This document shows, in pieces, positions 21,709-33,201 of a stretch of 64,000 bases of DNA (within the stretch, counting starts at the first letter, position 1; the number at the start of each line of letters is the position of its first letter). The position numbers were made by a program, and so were the translations under genes. This DNA is from Prasinococcaceae sp. CCMP 1430 (lineage: Eukaryota; Plantae; Prasinodermophyta), in contig RQSC01000031.1 of assembly GCA_013416795.1 (NCBI GenBank), forward strand, positions 62,001 to 126,000, in the 5' to 3' direction. Below the pieces are notes generated by a model, which searched no databases, was not told the origin of the DNA, and was given only the letters and a program-made list of their open reading frames with translations.

Positions 21709-22428
21709 TTGCGGAGCGCGCGCGAGAGTAACATAGGAGTCTTGCTGAATTATTGAGCTGAGCCGGCCGGCACAAGTCCGGTGCAGGCGCCGGCACGGGG
21801 CCGCTCTGTCGTCGCCGCGCGGGCGGCCCTCTCGAGCGCGGCGGCGGGCACCTGGCGTGGGTCCTCGCCGGGGAGGAAGCCGCACCCTCGCACACACGTG
21901 TGTGCGCGTGCGCCCCGCCGAGGCGCACGCGCGCTCGGTGCACCCCCCGGTCCCGAGACGCTCGTCCGCTCCGTGCGCCCATCTCTCGGAAAGCTATTTC
22001 AGCTTCGCACGCATTTTTTAGTTCGCCGCGAACGGATCATTTCCCGCACATCGCTTCGAATGCGCGTCGAAATCCGTACCGCGGAAAATTCCGTGTTTGC
22101 TGGGGCGCGTTCCCCCACCGGCGGCGGGCTCGGCCGCGCGCGTTCGAACCGCGCCGGCCCGTTGACTGCCCGTTGCGCGCCTACGCCCCCGGCGGGCAGC
22201 CGCGCGGCGCCGCGCCGACGCCCCCGGCAGCAGCGGAGGGTGTGCGTGTGGGTGTGGGTGTGGGTGTGGGCGCGGGTACGGGTATGGGTGTGGCGGGTAT
22301 GGGGAGGGGGCATCCTGAGTGCCGCACGGGCGTCTGCAGGAGGAGAAGAGCGGCGGCGGCACATCGCGCGGTGCTGGCGCTCGTCGCCACGCGGCAAGCA
22401 AGGACCCCTTTCTTGCCCTTGTCCCCCA

Positions 22429-22448
22429 CCCCCCCCCCCCCCCCCCCC
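22429..22448. repeat. Poly-C run (20 nt)
   Basis: Read directly from the sequence. Confidence 0.9.
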
Positions 22449-22511
22449 TTCCCTTGTCGTGTCAGGGAGGAAACGCGCACGCGTGGTGTGGACGCGCGCG
22501 ACGCGCGCGTG

Positions 22512-25498
22512 ATGTCGGCCGCGGAGATGGCCGCGCTCGGCCTCGGGGCGGGCGCCGAGGCTGGGCAGGGCAACGCCGGGCGAGCTGGACTCGCGCTGCG
22601 CAGCCGCGAGGAGGCCGCGAATGACCTCGGCGCAGCAGTCGCCGAGTGGTTGCAGTTCCACGACCTCGGCGACACGCTCAAAGCGCTCGATGAGGAGGTA
22701 CGCCGAAAGCCGCTCGAGCACAGCGTAGTGAACCTCGGCGGGGCGCGCGGCGCTGGCTATGGCGACGTCGAGCGCGAGTCGCTGCTCGCCGCGCTCACGG
22801 TGGCCTTCGACGAGGGCCGCTGCGGGCAATTCTTCTCGCTGTGGGCGCGCGGAGTGCCAGCGCACGTGCGCCATCAGAGCCTCGATGCGCACCGGGCCGA
22901 GTTCTACCTACGAGTGTACTTCGCGGTCTACCCGAGCCATCCGGCCGTGCCCGCGGACAAGCGCGCCGCCGTCTCGGCGGACGGCGCGATGGGAACGCTC
23001 AGGGAGTGGCTCGCCACCACCGGTGCGCACCTCGCAAAGACGTCCGAATTCGTGCCGTACTACGCGCTACCGTACGTGCCCGACGCGGCGTCCCACCCGG
23101 CATTCGCGCGCGTGTTTGAGCCGGCCTTTCCTTCGACGGTGCGCCAGATGGCGTTGGACTTCTTCGCGGCCGCGCCGCTTGTGCTCTCGGCTCCCAAACT
23201 CTACGCGTACTACTCGGCATACTTTGGGCTGGGCCAGGGGGGCGGCGCCGCCGGCCGACCGGCGAGTGCGACCAACGGCGGGAAGCGACATACTGCCGCA
23301 GCCGCTGCCACTGCGCGCCCTGGCACCGCCTTTCTGGAGGGCCGCGAGGGGCTGGAGGCGTACGCCCCGACAGACGCGGACATCCGCAGCAGCATCCGCC
23401 AGGTCGCGCGAGAGGAAGGCATCGATCCCGCGCTCGTGGACGGACACGATGCCGGCGGCTCGCAGAAGCAAGCCAGCGCCCGCGCGGACCCGCACGCCCA
23501 CATGAGACTGAGAACTCGCACGCACGAGGACCGCTCGAGGCCGTCCACCTCGACGCACCGCGGCGCACCGTCCGATGAGGGTGCGGCAGCGATGGCAGGC
23601 GCGCCCGAGGCGACGCTGCGGCGCTCGATGCCGCGCGCACTCGGCGCCGAGATGGAAGGCGCTGCGGAAGCACAGCATCATCAGCACGAGGTATCGCTCG
23701 GCGCGCAGCTTCAGGCCGAACTGCAACGGCAGACGCCCGGGCAGGCGACCGCGTCGTTCGGGGCCATGAGCGCGCAGCAGCAGAGCGAAGCGGTCGTCGA
23801 CTGTGACGCGACGCGGAAGACGCTGGGGGAGGGCTCAGCAAGGGACGCGTGCGACGTGCTGCAGGCGTTGCGACTCCGCATAGCACGCGCCCCGCCCGGA
23901 CGCGCGCGTGCGCGCGCTGCGCTTCCGCTCGCCCTGGGCGACGCGCTGGGCGTCCTCACAGGCGCCTTCTCGCGCGTGGCGGTCGAGCTGCGCTCGCCGG
24001 CCGCCTCCGAGCAGCTCGCGCGCCTCGCAGACCTGCTCGCGGGCGACCCCCAGTGGCGCGCGCTCCTGGCCGATGCGTCTGACGACGCCGCGACGTGTGC
24101 ACTCGCATCGTTGGCTATGGGCGATGCCACATCGCTGGACTTCGCCGTCACGGATGCCACGCGCGCGCACGCTCTCTCGGCACTGCAGCGTGCGACGCTC
24201 TCGCCGCGCGTGGCCTCGGCCGCCGCGCGTGCGGGCGTCGTGCCCTGGACCGCGAGCATGCTGCAGAAGCTTGACGCGTCGGATTCTCCTATGGCTGCGC
24301 GCTCACTCGAGTACGCCGCATCGCTGCTGATGAACGTGTCGCTCCGCGCCGAGGGCAGGCGCGCAGCCGCCGACGCGCAGGCCGCTGGAGCGGACGTGCT
24401 GGGCGCGCTTGTCGACCACCTCGAGAGCGAGTCTCGCGCGGTGCGCGCGTACGTGAACGGCGCGCTGTACTCGGCGCTCCGGGCACGCGGGGTCCGTGGG
24501 GCGGCGCGCGACATAGGGCTCGGCGAGGTGCTGGCGCTGGTGGCGCAACGGTCAGACGATGTCTTTGCAGCGCAGGTGCGCTGCATTGCGCTGCGACTGG
24601 AGCGGTACGAGGTGGAAGACGCTGAGCACGAAGGTGACGGCGACGTCGGGGAGGATGACGACGACGATGAGGATGACAACGCTGACTACCTGGTGGAGGC
24701 AGAGCTAGCGTCTGAGGATGGCGAGGAGGGCGCGAGCGTGGAGGTGCGTGCGCACACGCGGTCATTGCACGAGGCTTGCGGACCTTTGCGTGCCCCGTCG
24801 CGCATGCATACACCTGACACTGCCTGTGTTCTCGCGCACAAACACAGGCGGAAGTCGACGTAACGGGAGCGGAGCCCGAAGGGCTTGTCGGCGAGGCGCT
24901 GCTCGCCGCGCGCTTCCGCGCGCGCACACCCGCGCGCACTGAGATGGAGGGAGTCATGGCGCCACTGCTGCCGCCTGAGGCGCTCGCCGAGGGCCTCGAT
25001 CCAGTTTCTGCCATCCTTGCATCTCTCGATAGGCGGCTGACTTCGGGAGAAGCGCACGAGGGCGGCGCTGGCGGTGTGAGCGCAACGAACGGCTCCAACC
25101 TCGCGAGCGGTGGCGTACGACCGCTGTCAGACACGCAAATTCGCGCCTCGGTGGATCATGCGCTGGCCGCGGCGAGGGCGGCGGCGCCGCTGGCGAGGCC
25201 GGTGACGCCCGCGGGCAGGCACACGCCCGTGCGATCGACAAGGCGGTGGAGTGTAGAACGCGGCACCTTGGTGGACACACCGTACCTCCGCACTCCGGCG
25301 CCCGAGACCAGTGGGCCCCTATTCTCTCCGTCGACGGGAGGGTACGGCGCCGCTCCCTCGCCCATCGAGTCGCTGGCGATGTCGGACATCAAGTCGCAAG
25401 GCCCTCCGCCGAAGCCTGTGAACATCCCGGAGGGCGCCAGGACGGGCGAGCTCGAGGCCTTCGCGCCGAAGAGCCGCGTCCCGCGCACCCCAGCCTGA
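22512..25498 (+). CDS. ARMC9: LisH/armadillo protein ARMC9; intron 24744-24847
   Basis: LisH (VAEWLQFHDLGDTLKAL), EFYLRVYFAVYP, EFVPYYALPYVP..HP.F, LEYAASLLMNVSLR, YVNGALYS. Exon 2 continues with GEALL. Confidence 0.9.
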
Positions 25499-25674
25499 CG
25501 TGCGGCGCGCGCGGGGGCTGGCAACAGACTGAAACTGGCGGTCTTAAGAAAGCCATGACGTACAGTACAGCTCGCGACCTGTTGTCCACGGTGGTTACGT
25601 GCATGTCGGGCAGCCGGGGCAGTTCCATCCGTCTAGCCTAAGCCAAAATGCCCGACCCTGAGTAGTCACTACTG

Positions 25675-25707
25675 TAGGGTTAGGGTTTCAGAGTTAGGGT
25701 TAGGGTT
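25675..25707. promoter_or_regulatory. Telo-box-like TAGGGT x4 cluster upstream of purU
   Basis: TAGGGTTAGGGTTTCAGAGTTAGGGTTAGGGTT. Confidence 0.6.
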
Positions 25708-25731
25708 CGTTTCTTGAGAGTTGTCGATTGT

Positions 25732-25811
25732 CCTCGTCCGGCGCGCTCGCCATGTCAGCGCGGCGGCGGCGGTTGGCGGCTGCGCTGACATGGCGAGCGC
25801 GCCGGACGAGG
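25732..25811. repeat. Perfect 30-bp inverted repeat with a 20-nt loop
   Basis: 25732-25761 CCTCGTCCGGCGCGCTCGCCATGTCAGCGC is the exact reverse complement of 25782-25811. Confidence 0.95.
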
Positions 25812-27059
25812 GTGGTAACGGTGAGGTGGCTCCGCCGGCCGCGCGCGGCGCAGCAGGCGCGCTGCGGCACGCGCGGTGGTCGGAGAGGTGGTGCCAGGCG
25901 GTGCGGGCGCGGACGCGGCCAGTGGCGACAACGCGGAGATAGCCGACTTTCTGGTGAGTTGCCCCGACGCAAAGGGAGTGGTCGCAGCGCTGGCGCAGGT
26001 CATGTTCGGCTTCGGGTGCAACATCGTCAGCTCCGACCAACACACCACCGAAGCTGAGAACGGCGACCCGCCGAGGTTCTACCAAAGACTCCGCGTCGAC
26101 CTGCAGGACTTGCATCAGGGGTCAGACCGCACGGCCCTGCGCGCGGCTGTTGCGGCCACGGCTGCCCACTTCGATATGGAATGGAGCATGCACGAGGCCA
26201 ACAAGCGCAAGCGCGTCGCCGTGCTGGTCAGCAAGAGCTCGCACTGTTTGTACGACCTGCTCATCCGGCACGAACAGGGGCAGCTTGACTGCGACATCGT
26301 GCTGGTGGCCGGCAACCACGTGCAGCCGGGCCGCGACATCGCCGAGCGCTTCGGCGTGCCCTTTCACCACCTGCCCATAGATGCAGCGGCGCACGGCGGC
26401 GATGTTGCCGCAGCGAAGGCCGCACAGGAGACCGACATGCGTGAGCTTCTCCGGGCGGCCGGCACAGACATCCTCGTTCTTGCCAGATACATGCAGGTTC
26501 TCTCAGACGACTTCTGCGAGGTAAGGGACCTGCACTTTTTGCGCGCGGGGGAGTCGTGTGTGTGTGGTGGTGCGGCACAAGATAGGTGCACGCGCGTGCT
26601 GACTGGCGTGCTTTGTGCGCGCACGTGCACTCAGGAGTGGTGTGGGCGGGCGATCAACATCCACCACAGCTTCCTGCCAGCCTTTGAAGGGGCGCGGCCG
26701 TACCACCGAGCACATGCACGTGGCGTCAAGCTCATCGGTGCCACCGCGCACTTTGTGACGACGAATCTTGATGAGGGTCCTATCGTTTGTCAGGAGGTCA
26801 CGCGCGTTTCGCACAGCGACAGCGTGAACGACCTCAAGCGCAAGGGCGCCGACCTCGAGCGCGTCACGCTCGCGCGCGCGCTTCGGCTCCACCTGCAGAA
26901 CGTACGTGATCACCGCGCGCGCAGACATCACGCAGCACGTCCCTTCGCTCTCTCAGCTCGAGTCTTGCGTGCGCCCCCCCCGCTGACACGACTGGCCGCG
27001 CTGCCTCTCACCAGCGCGTGTTGCTTCACGGGAACAAAACAATTGTCTACGACGAGTAA
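25790..27059 (+). CDS. purU: Formyltetrahydrofolate deformylase; introns about 25821-25897, 26521-26634 and 26902-27014
   Basis: ACT domain SCPDAKGVVAA, VLVSKSSHCLYDLL, VLARYMQVLS, INIHHSFLPAFEGARPY, GVKLIGATAHFVT..LDEGPI; last exon RVLLHGNKTIVYDE*. Confidence 0.95.
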
Positions 27060-27260
27060 GAAACGTTGGGGGAAAAGTGCGCTTGCGTGCTCGATCGCTC
27101 GTCTCCGCGTGCCTGCGCGGTGCGGGCGCCGCCCCACTCCACACGCGCGGCGCGCCGCGCGCCGCGCGCCACGCGGGCGCGGCGGCGCGGAGGAGGCAGA
27201 GAGAGTGGGGCTCAGCGAGCGACGCGACGAGTGGGGGAGAGAGGGAAGGGCGAGAGAAGC

Positions 27261-29408
27261 ATGCCGCCGCGCCGCCGCGCGCGCCCGCTCTCGCTCGCCG
27301 AGTTTCACGCCGTCACGCCGACGCGCACGCAGCCGTCGGGGATCATCAGAGCGGCGTCCGCGCCGGCGACTGCATCAGCGGCGGTCGAGCGCGTCGAGGC
27401 CGCACTCGCGCGCGCGCAGCCGCACGCGTACACGCCGCCACCGCGGCGGCCGCGGCGGCAGGATGGGCACCAGCTGCAGGAGCAGACCGGCGAGCAGCAG
27501 CCCGCACCCGCGCACAGCCGCAACAGCTCGTTGGGCGGCGGCAGCGAGCTCGTGTCGAGGGAGGCCGTCGTGTTGCGCGTCTTCTCGCATGCGGAGCGCG
27601 AGGGGGGTGGCAGCGAGCGCTGGCGGTGGCGTGTCGGCGTAGAGCTTTCCGACGGCGGCCCAACACTCATGCGGGGTGGAGGCATACCCGCGCACACGCT
27701 TGAGTGGCTCGTGCGCGCCGTGCGCTTCGAATTTGGTGCGGTGCGGGACGGCGGCGCCGAGCTGTCATCGCCGAGCGTGCGCACTGCCCCGCCGTACGAG
27801 GTGACCTTCGTGAGCGGCTCAATGCCCGATGCCATGGTATCCATCGAGTGGAAACGCGCCCTCCGCAAGCGCCCGCTCGCACACGAGCTGAGCGTCGCCG
27901 AGGGCACTGCCGAGAGGTCTGTGCTTGTGCACTTCGATGCCGCGCGCCTCGAGCGCCTCGTCGCGTTGCGCGAGGAGGCCGAGGAGGACGAGCTCCAGCG
28001 CGCGGCTGAGGCGCACGCGCGGCATCGCCGCGAACGCGAGGCGCAACACAGGGAAGCGGCGCGCCAGCTGCCAGCCGGCCTTGAGCTCACTCGCTATCGC
28101 GAGTGGTCGCCGGATGAGTGCGCCACATGGGTGCGCTCGGAGGGCTTCGGGGAGTACGCGGCTGCCTTCGCCGACGAGGGCGTCGATGGCGCCATGCTCT
28201 CGAGGCTCAGCGACGGCGCGCTCGCCGAAATGGGCATCGGCAGCGAATTGGCGCGCCTGAAACTGCTGCGCGCCATCGAGAGGATCGAGGACGTGCAGCA
28301 AGGCGCGGCCGCGGCGAATGGCAGCGGCGTGAGCGGGGTTGCAGAGGCGCATTCGCTCAATGCGTCCAATGGCGCGGGCGGAGGCATCGACGGTGACGGC
28401 GGCCACATGGGCCGCGTCAAGAGCTTTGAATGGGGCAAGAACGCGAGCGGCCTGCGCGTGCGTCAAAACTGGGAAATCAACATGTCCGAGATAGACTTCG
28501 GCCCTGACGGGCCCAAGCGCGTGGGCATCGGATCGTATGGCGAAATTTTCAGGGGGCATTGGCAGGGATTGCCTGTTGCGTGCAAGGTGCTTCTCGACCA
28601 GGACTTATCCGACGACCTCATGGACGACTTTCAGCACGAAGTGGAGCTGTGCTCGAGCTTGCGCCACCCAAACATAGCCTTATGGCTCGGCGCCTGCACG
28701 CAGCCTGGAAGGATGGCAATCGTCATGGAGCTCTACCCGACGTCTTTGAGTCACTACCTGCACAAAAGCAACATCGGCAAGAACGCCTCCCTGTCGCGTG
28801 TGCTGGCCATTGCGGAAGGGATTTGCAGAGGCATGGTGTACCTGCACACACCGTCCGCGGCATCCGCTCGCTCGGGGGGCGACGGCAGCGAGGACGGGAA
28901 AAGCGAGGGTGAGCGCGGCGAAGGCGGCAAGCTGACGCCTGCAGTCATACACAGGGACCTGAACCCGAAGAATGTGCTCCTCGACTCAGCGGGTCGCCCG
29001 AGAATAACTGACTTCGGCTTGTCAAGACTGAAGACAGCATCTAAAATGTCTACGCGCGGCTGCGCGGGCACGCCGCAATACACGAGCCCAGAGGTGTTCA
29101 AGGGCATCTACACCGAGAAGGCGGACTCGTACTCGTTCGGTGTGACGCTGTGGGAGCTCGTGACGAGGCAGATGCCGTTCTCGGCTCAGGGGTTTGGCGC
29201 CATGCAGATCGTCGCGATGTGCGTGTCTGAGAATCACTTCGCCAGAACGCATCTCATGCCACTCTTGCCAGCCGAGACACCCACGGCGGTGCGCGGCGCC
29301 ATCGAGTCGTGCCTGGCGCAGGACCCGCACGACCGCCCGGACTTCGACGCGCTGCTGAGCATTATGGTTCTCGCCGTCAAGCAGGCGAGGGAGGCCGAGA
29401 GGTCGTGA
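27261..29408 (+). CDS. TKL/Raf-like protein kinase with SAM domain and a putative degenerate YEATS-like N-terminal domain
   Basis: SAM: WSPDECATWV...GVDGAML..L..MGI..RLKLLRAI. Kinase: GIGSYGEIF, VACK, HRDLNPKN, DFG, GTPQYTSPE. Confidence 0.9.
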   Translation: MPPRRRARPLSLAEFHAVTPTRTQPSGIIRAASAPATASAAVERVEAALARAQPHAYTPPPRRPRRQDGHQLQEQTGEQQPAPAHSRNSSLGGGSELVSREAVVLRVFSHAEREGGGSERWRWRVGVELSDGGPTLMRGGGIPAHTLEWLVRAVRFEFGAVRDGGAELSSPSVRTAPPYEVTFVSGSMPDAMVSIEWKRALRKRPLAHELSVAEGTAERSVLVHFDAARLERLVALREEAEEDELQRAAEAHARHRREREAQHREAARQLPAGLELTRYREWSPDECATWVRSEGFGEYAAAFADEGVDGAMLSRLSDGALAEMGIGSELARLKLLRAIERIEDVQQGAAAANGSGVSGVAEAHSLNASNGAGGGIDGDGGHMGRVKSFEWGKNASGLRVRQNWEINMSEIDFGPDGPKRVGIGSYGEIFRGHWQGLPVACKVLLDQDLSDDLMDDFQHEVELCSSLRHPNIALWLGACTQPGRMAIVMELYPTSLSHYLHKSNIGKNASLSRVLAIAEGICRGMVYLHTPSAASARSGGDGSEDGKSEGERGEGGKLTPAVIHRDLNPKNVLLDSAGRPRITDFGLSRLKTASKMSTRGCAGTPQYTSPEVFKGIYTEKADSYSFGVTLWELVTRQMPFSAQGFGAMQIVAMCVSENHFARTHLMPLLPAETPTAVRGAIESCLAQDPHDRPDFDALLSIMVLAVKQAREAERS

Positions 29409-29999
29409 TGCCATGCCCGCATTCGCATGTACAATAAGTGCCGAGGCGGGGCCGCTGCGCCGAGCGCTATCGAGGGGTAGCAGCACGGCTTGCAGCGTGG
29501 GCCGGCGTGTGCGACCAGTCTGGATGGTGGCGTCGCCGCTCCGAGAGAGGCGGCGCTGCGTGTATGCTGTAGCACTTTTAATAACAGCGTGTATGTGATA
29601 CAGTAGCCGTGATGCATGGTCGGCGGGGAGGTCGAAAGGCGTCTCCTCGACGGGGCGATGGGTGCGCTTCCGATGGGCGCGTTTTCCCCCCACACCTTTG
29701 TGTTTAAATACGAGCGCCAAGAGCTGATACGGGGGAAAAAGCACGTCAAAATGCACCCGATGGCGCGGCGGGTATCCCCCCCTTCTTTTTTTTTTTTTGT
29801 GCGCGCGGGCGCTACCAGCGCGCGCCCGTGGTGCGCGCGCGCCGCCAACGCCCACACAGCGCGCGGCGGCGGCGCTCGCGGCTGGGGCGGGAGCACCCGC
29901 GAGGCACCCGCGAGCTCGGCCACCTGCGAGGGTTGAGCTTCGAGGGAGCCGCGACTGGGGCCGCGCGGAGGAGGGGTGGGGAGAAAGGGCCGCCGCACG

Positions 30000-31400
30000 A
30001 TGGAGGCGCGCGGCTACGAGCAGACGAACCCGTTCGCGCCGCGGGCGGCAGCGGCGGCCGCGAGCGGCGGCGGGCCGGCCCGGCAGGCGGCGGGTGGTGC
30101 CGAGCACGCGATTGGCGGTGGTGGCATGTACAGCAGCATGAGTAGCAGCGCTAGCTCGTTCGTGAGCGCCGGCGGCGATGAGAGCGCTACGGAGAGAGGG
30201 GTGCCTGCAGAGGGCCGAGGGGGTGTGACCCTCTTTTCTTCAGGCCTCAACAGCCCTCAGATCCCCGTCCCCGCCCCTCCGCAGCATGACGAGGAGTACG
30301 GAGAGAACGGTGCACCGCCACAGACAGGCTTTGCGCTGCTGGACCGCTCCATCGCCATGGAAGAGGTGGAAGTGCTGCGCGCGCTATGGGAGCGGACCTG
30401 CCTGGAGCTCTCCGCTGCGCGCGCCGAGGCGGCCAAGCTGCGCGACGAGCGCGCTGAGCTCATCGAAGTTCTCGCCCTCGAAAATGACCTCCTCGAAGCG
30501 CGACTGGACAGCGCTCTGGCCGCGGCAGAGAGAGCGGAAGCCGAGAGGCTCAAGGCGCTCGCCAGGGCGGACGTGTCGTCACGCGTCGCTGGGCCACTAC
30601 CGTCGACGCCCGCGCAACCGGTGCAGCAGCCGGCGCTTGCCGCGCGACCCGCCTCCCCTGCCCCGATGCCCACGTCTGTGCGGCAAGCGCCGGCAAGCCT
30701 ACGGTCGTTCATGCAGCGCGCATGCGCGAGTGGCGTGGTGTCCGGTGGACTCGCGGCGGCAGCGGCAGGCGAGGTCGCCGCCCTACAGCATCGCGCGAAG
30801 GTGCTTGAAGGCGCAAACAAGGGGCTTTCCGAACAGGCCCAGTCAGCACAGGGGTTGGCCCAGCGCTTGCATCAGCAGCTGATGCAGGCTCAGGGGGCTC
30901 TGCAGCATATGCAAAGAGAGCAGCAGCGCGCGCCCCTCACGCCAGAGTCGCACTACTCCACCCCGCCAGAGCGCGCACCACCTGCGCATCACGCGGAGGC
31001 AGCGCACCACGAGCGCGCTCGCGCACTCGAGAGTCACTCGGTTTCGACGCTGCTGACGTCTCTCGACAACTCGAATGATCCCGCGAGGCGTCGTGCCGTG
31101 TCGGCAGGGACAGCGGTGCAAGTGCCGCCGAAGCAGCCATCGCTCGCTGAGATCCGGGCCCGCCAAAATGTCCAGCTGCTCACGGGGGGTGCGGCACAGT
31201 GTGAGGAGGAGCGGCAGTCCAGCAAGGCGGGGAGAAAGGCGACAGTGAAGGCACTGAACGCGAGTCTCGAAGACCTGCCTCTCGCGGCGGGCGAACCGGC
31301 CACCTACGACGACGCCGCCGTGCAGGGGGAGCAGCTGCTGTCGCGCGGCGGCGGCGAAGAAGCGAAGAGGAAGAGGCGCTGGGGGTTGTTCAAGAAGTGA
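30000..31400 (+). CDS. Hypothetical coiled-coil protein
   Basis: 466-codon ORF with coding-like composition and E/A/L/Q heptad stretches. Confidence 0.7.
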   Translation: MEARGYEQTNPFAPRAAAAAASGGGPARQAAGGAEHAIGGGGMYSSMSSSASSFVSAGGDESATERGVPAEGRGGVTLFSSGLNSPQIPVPAPPQHDEEYGENGAPPQTGFALLDRSIAMEEVEVLRALWERTCLELSAARAEAAKLRDERAELIEVLALENDLLEARLDSALAAAERAEAERLKALARADVSSRVAGPLPSTPAQPVQQPALAARPASPAPMPTSVRQAPASLRSFMQRACASGVVSGGLAAAAAGEVAALQHRAKVLEGANKGLSEQAQSAQGLAQRLHQQLMQAQGALQHMQREQQRAPLTPESHYSTPPERAPPAHHAEAAHHERARALESHSVSTLLTSLDNSNDPARRRAVSAGTAVQVPPKQPSLAEIRARQNVQLLTGGAAQCEEERQSSKAGRKATVKALNASLEDLPLAAGEPATYDDAAVQGEQLLSRGGGEEAKRKRRWGLFKK

Positions 31401-31736
31401 GCCCGGAAGTACACAACTGTGCGGGTACGTTCAGGTTAGTACTAGTAACGACAATTGATCATACCGTATTAGGGTCGCGTTACTAGGGTTCATTTCTGGC
31501 ATTCGCATTCGCATTCGGATCGGGTGGTGCGCCGACAGCGCGCCACGCGCGCGGCGCCAATACCAGAATTTCCTGCGCCGCAGGCATCCCCAGCGCCACA
31601 TGCGGCATCTGCGCCCGCGCGAGCGCGCGAGCGCAGCGCATGCGCTCGCCGGCGCGCCCGGCCCCAAGGCCATGCAGTGGACGCGCGCTGACCAGTCGCC
31701 ACCGCTCGCCCTGTCCTCCCCCCCCACACACGCAGG

Positions 31737-32832
31737 CGGCCTGGTTGCGCAGATGCGCGAGGGCGACAAGAAACACACGGAGGGCGACATGGAGGTGGTG
31801 CTCGCCGACTCCTACGGCTTCTGCTGGGGCGTCGAGCGCGCCGTGCAGATGGCGTACGAGGCGCGCCGCAAGTTTCCCGAGGAGCGACTCCACATCACGA
31901 ACGAGATCATCCACAACCCCAGCGTGAACGGCCGCCTGTCCGAGATGGGCGTCAACTTCATCGAGGAAACGGAGGAGGGCAAGGACTTCTCCGGCGTCGA
32001 GGCCGGTGACGTGGTCATCCTGCCGGCGTTCGGCGCGAGCGTCGACGAGATGAAGCTGATGGACGAGCGCGGGGCCAACATCGTCGACACCACCTGCCCG
32101 TGGGTGAGCAAGGTGTGGAACGCTGTCGGCAGGCATGAGAAGAAGAACTTCACCTCGGTGGTGCACGGCAAGTGGCAGCACGAGGAGACCATCGCGACCG
32201 CGTCGTTTGCCGGCACGTACCTCATCGTGAAGAACGAGGACGAGGCGCAGTACGTCATCGACTACATGCACAACGGCGGCGACAAGGCCGAGTTCCTGGA
32301 GAAGTTCAAGAACGCCATGTCCGAGGGATTCGACCCGGACACCGACCTAGAGAAGGTGGGCATCGCCAACCAGACCACCATGCTCAAGGGCGAGACCCAG
32401 CGCCTTGGCAAGATGTTCGAGAAGGCGATGATGACCAAGTTTGGGCCGGAGAACCTCAACGAGCACTTCATGCTGTTGGACACCATCTGCGACGCCACGC
32501 AGGAGCGCCAGGACGCGATGTACGACCTCGTCAAGGAGGACGTGGACATGATGATCGTGGTCGGCGGCTTCAACTCCTCCAACACGTCGCACCTGCAGGA
32601 GATCGCCGAGCACGCCAACATCAAGTCTTTCTGGGTCGACCAGGCCGGTCGCATCGACGTCGAGAACAACAGCCTCGACCACCGTACCTCGTGGGGCGAG
32701 CTGCAGAGCACCAAGGACTGGCTCAAGCCCGGGCCGCTCAAGGTGGGAGTCACCTCCGGGGCATCCACTCCTGACAAGGTCGTCGAGGACGTCCTGGATG
32801 CCATGTTCCAGATCAAGGCCGCCACGGCCTAA
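31737..32832 (+). CDS. ispH: 4-hydroxy-3-methylbut-2-enyl diphosphate reductase HDR (MEP pathway); upstream exon not identified
   Basis: YGFCWGVERAV, EIIHNP, VDTTCPWV, ANQTT, TICDATQERQ, GGFNSSNT, GVTSGASTP. Confidence 0.97.
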
Positions 32833-33201
32833 GCCTCTCGCGGCCCGGCGCGCTATTGCGAGCCCGCTGGTCAAGCGTCACCGCCGGCCCGAATGAAGGA
32901 GAGCGCGTCCAGGCGACCACGCGGCGGACTCGGCTACGGCGACGCGTCGATGGCGCCTGCCTCTGTAACATCTTTACCTTTTTCCCCCGACGTGGATTCA
33001 CAGGCGCTTGCTTCGCCATCGCTTGTGCCTCCGGCTGGAAGCAAAGCCTTCCATCTCACGGCCGCGCCACGGGCTTGTGCGAAATGCGCGGCTCTCTGAG
33101 ACGACGCGGAAGGCCTCATGTGTCTCAGCTGGGTTGACACGCCGTCAGTCGTCCGGTGCATGTCTCACCGCCCTTTCCTCGTGACGCGCTCAAGCATTCT
33201 C

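Noticed and set aside
18472-21897. 1141-aa ORF in the track
   Set aside because: It reads through microsatellites, an N gap and antisense PRPS13; only the ISPE part is real.
22238-22312. (GGTGTG)n G-rich tract upstream of ARMC9
   Set aside because: Ordinary microsatellite-derived sequence for this genome.
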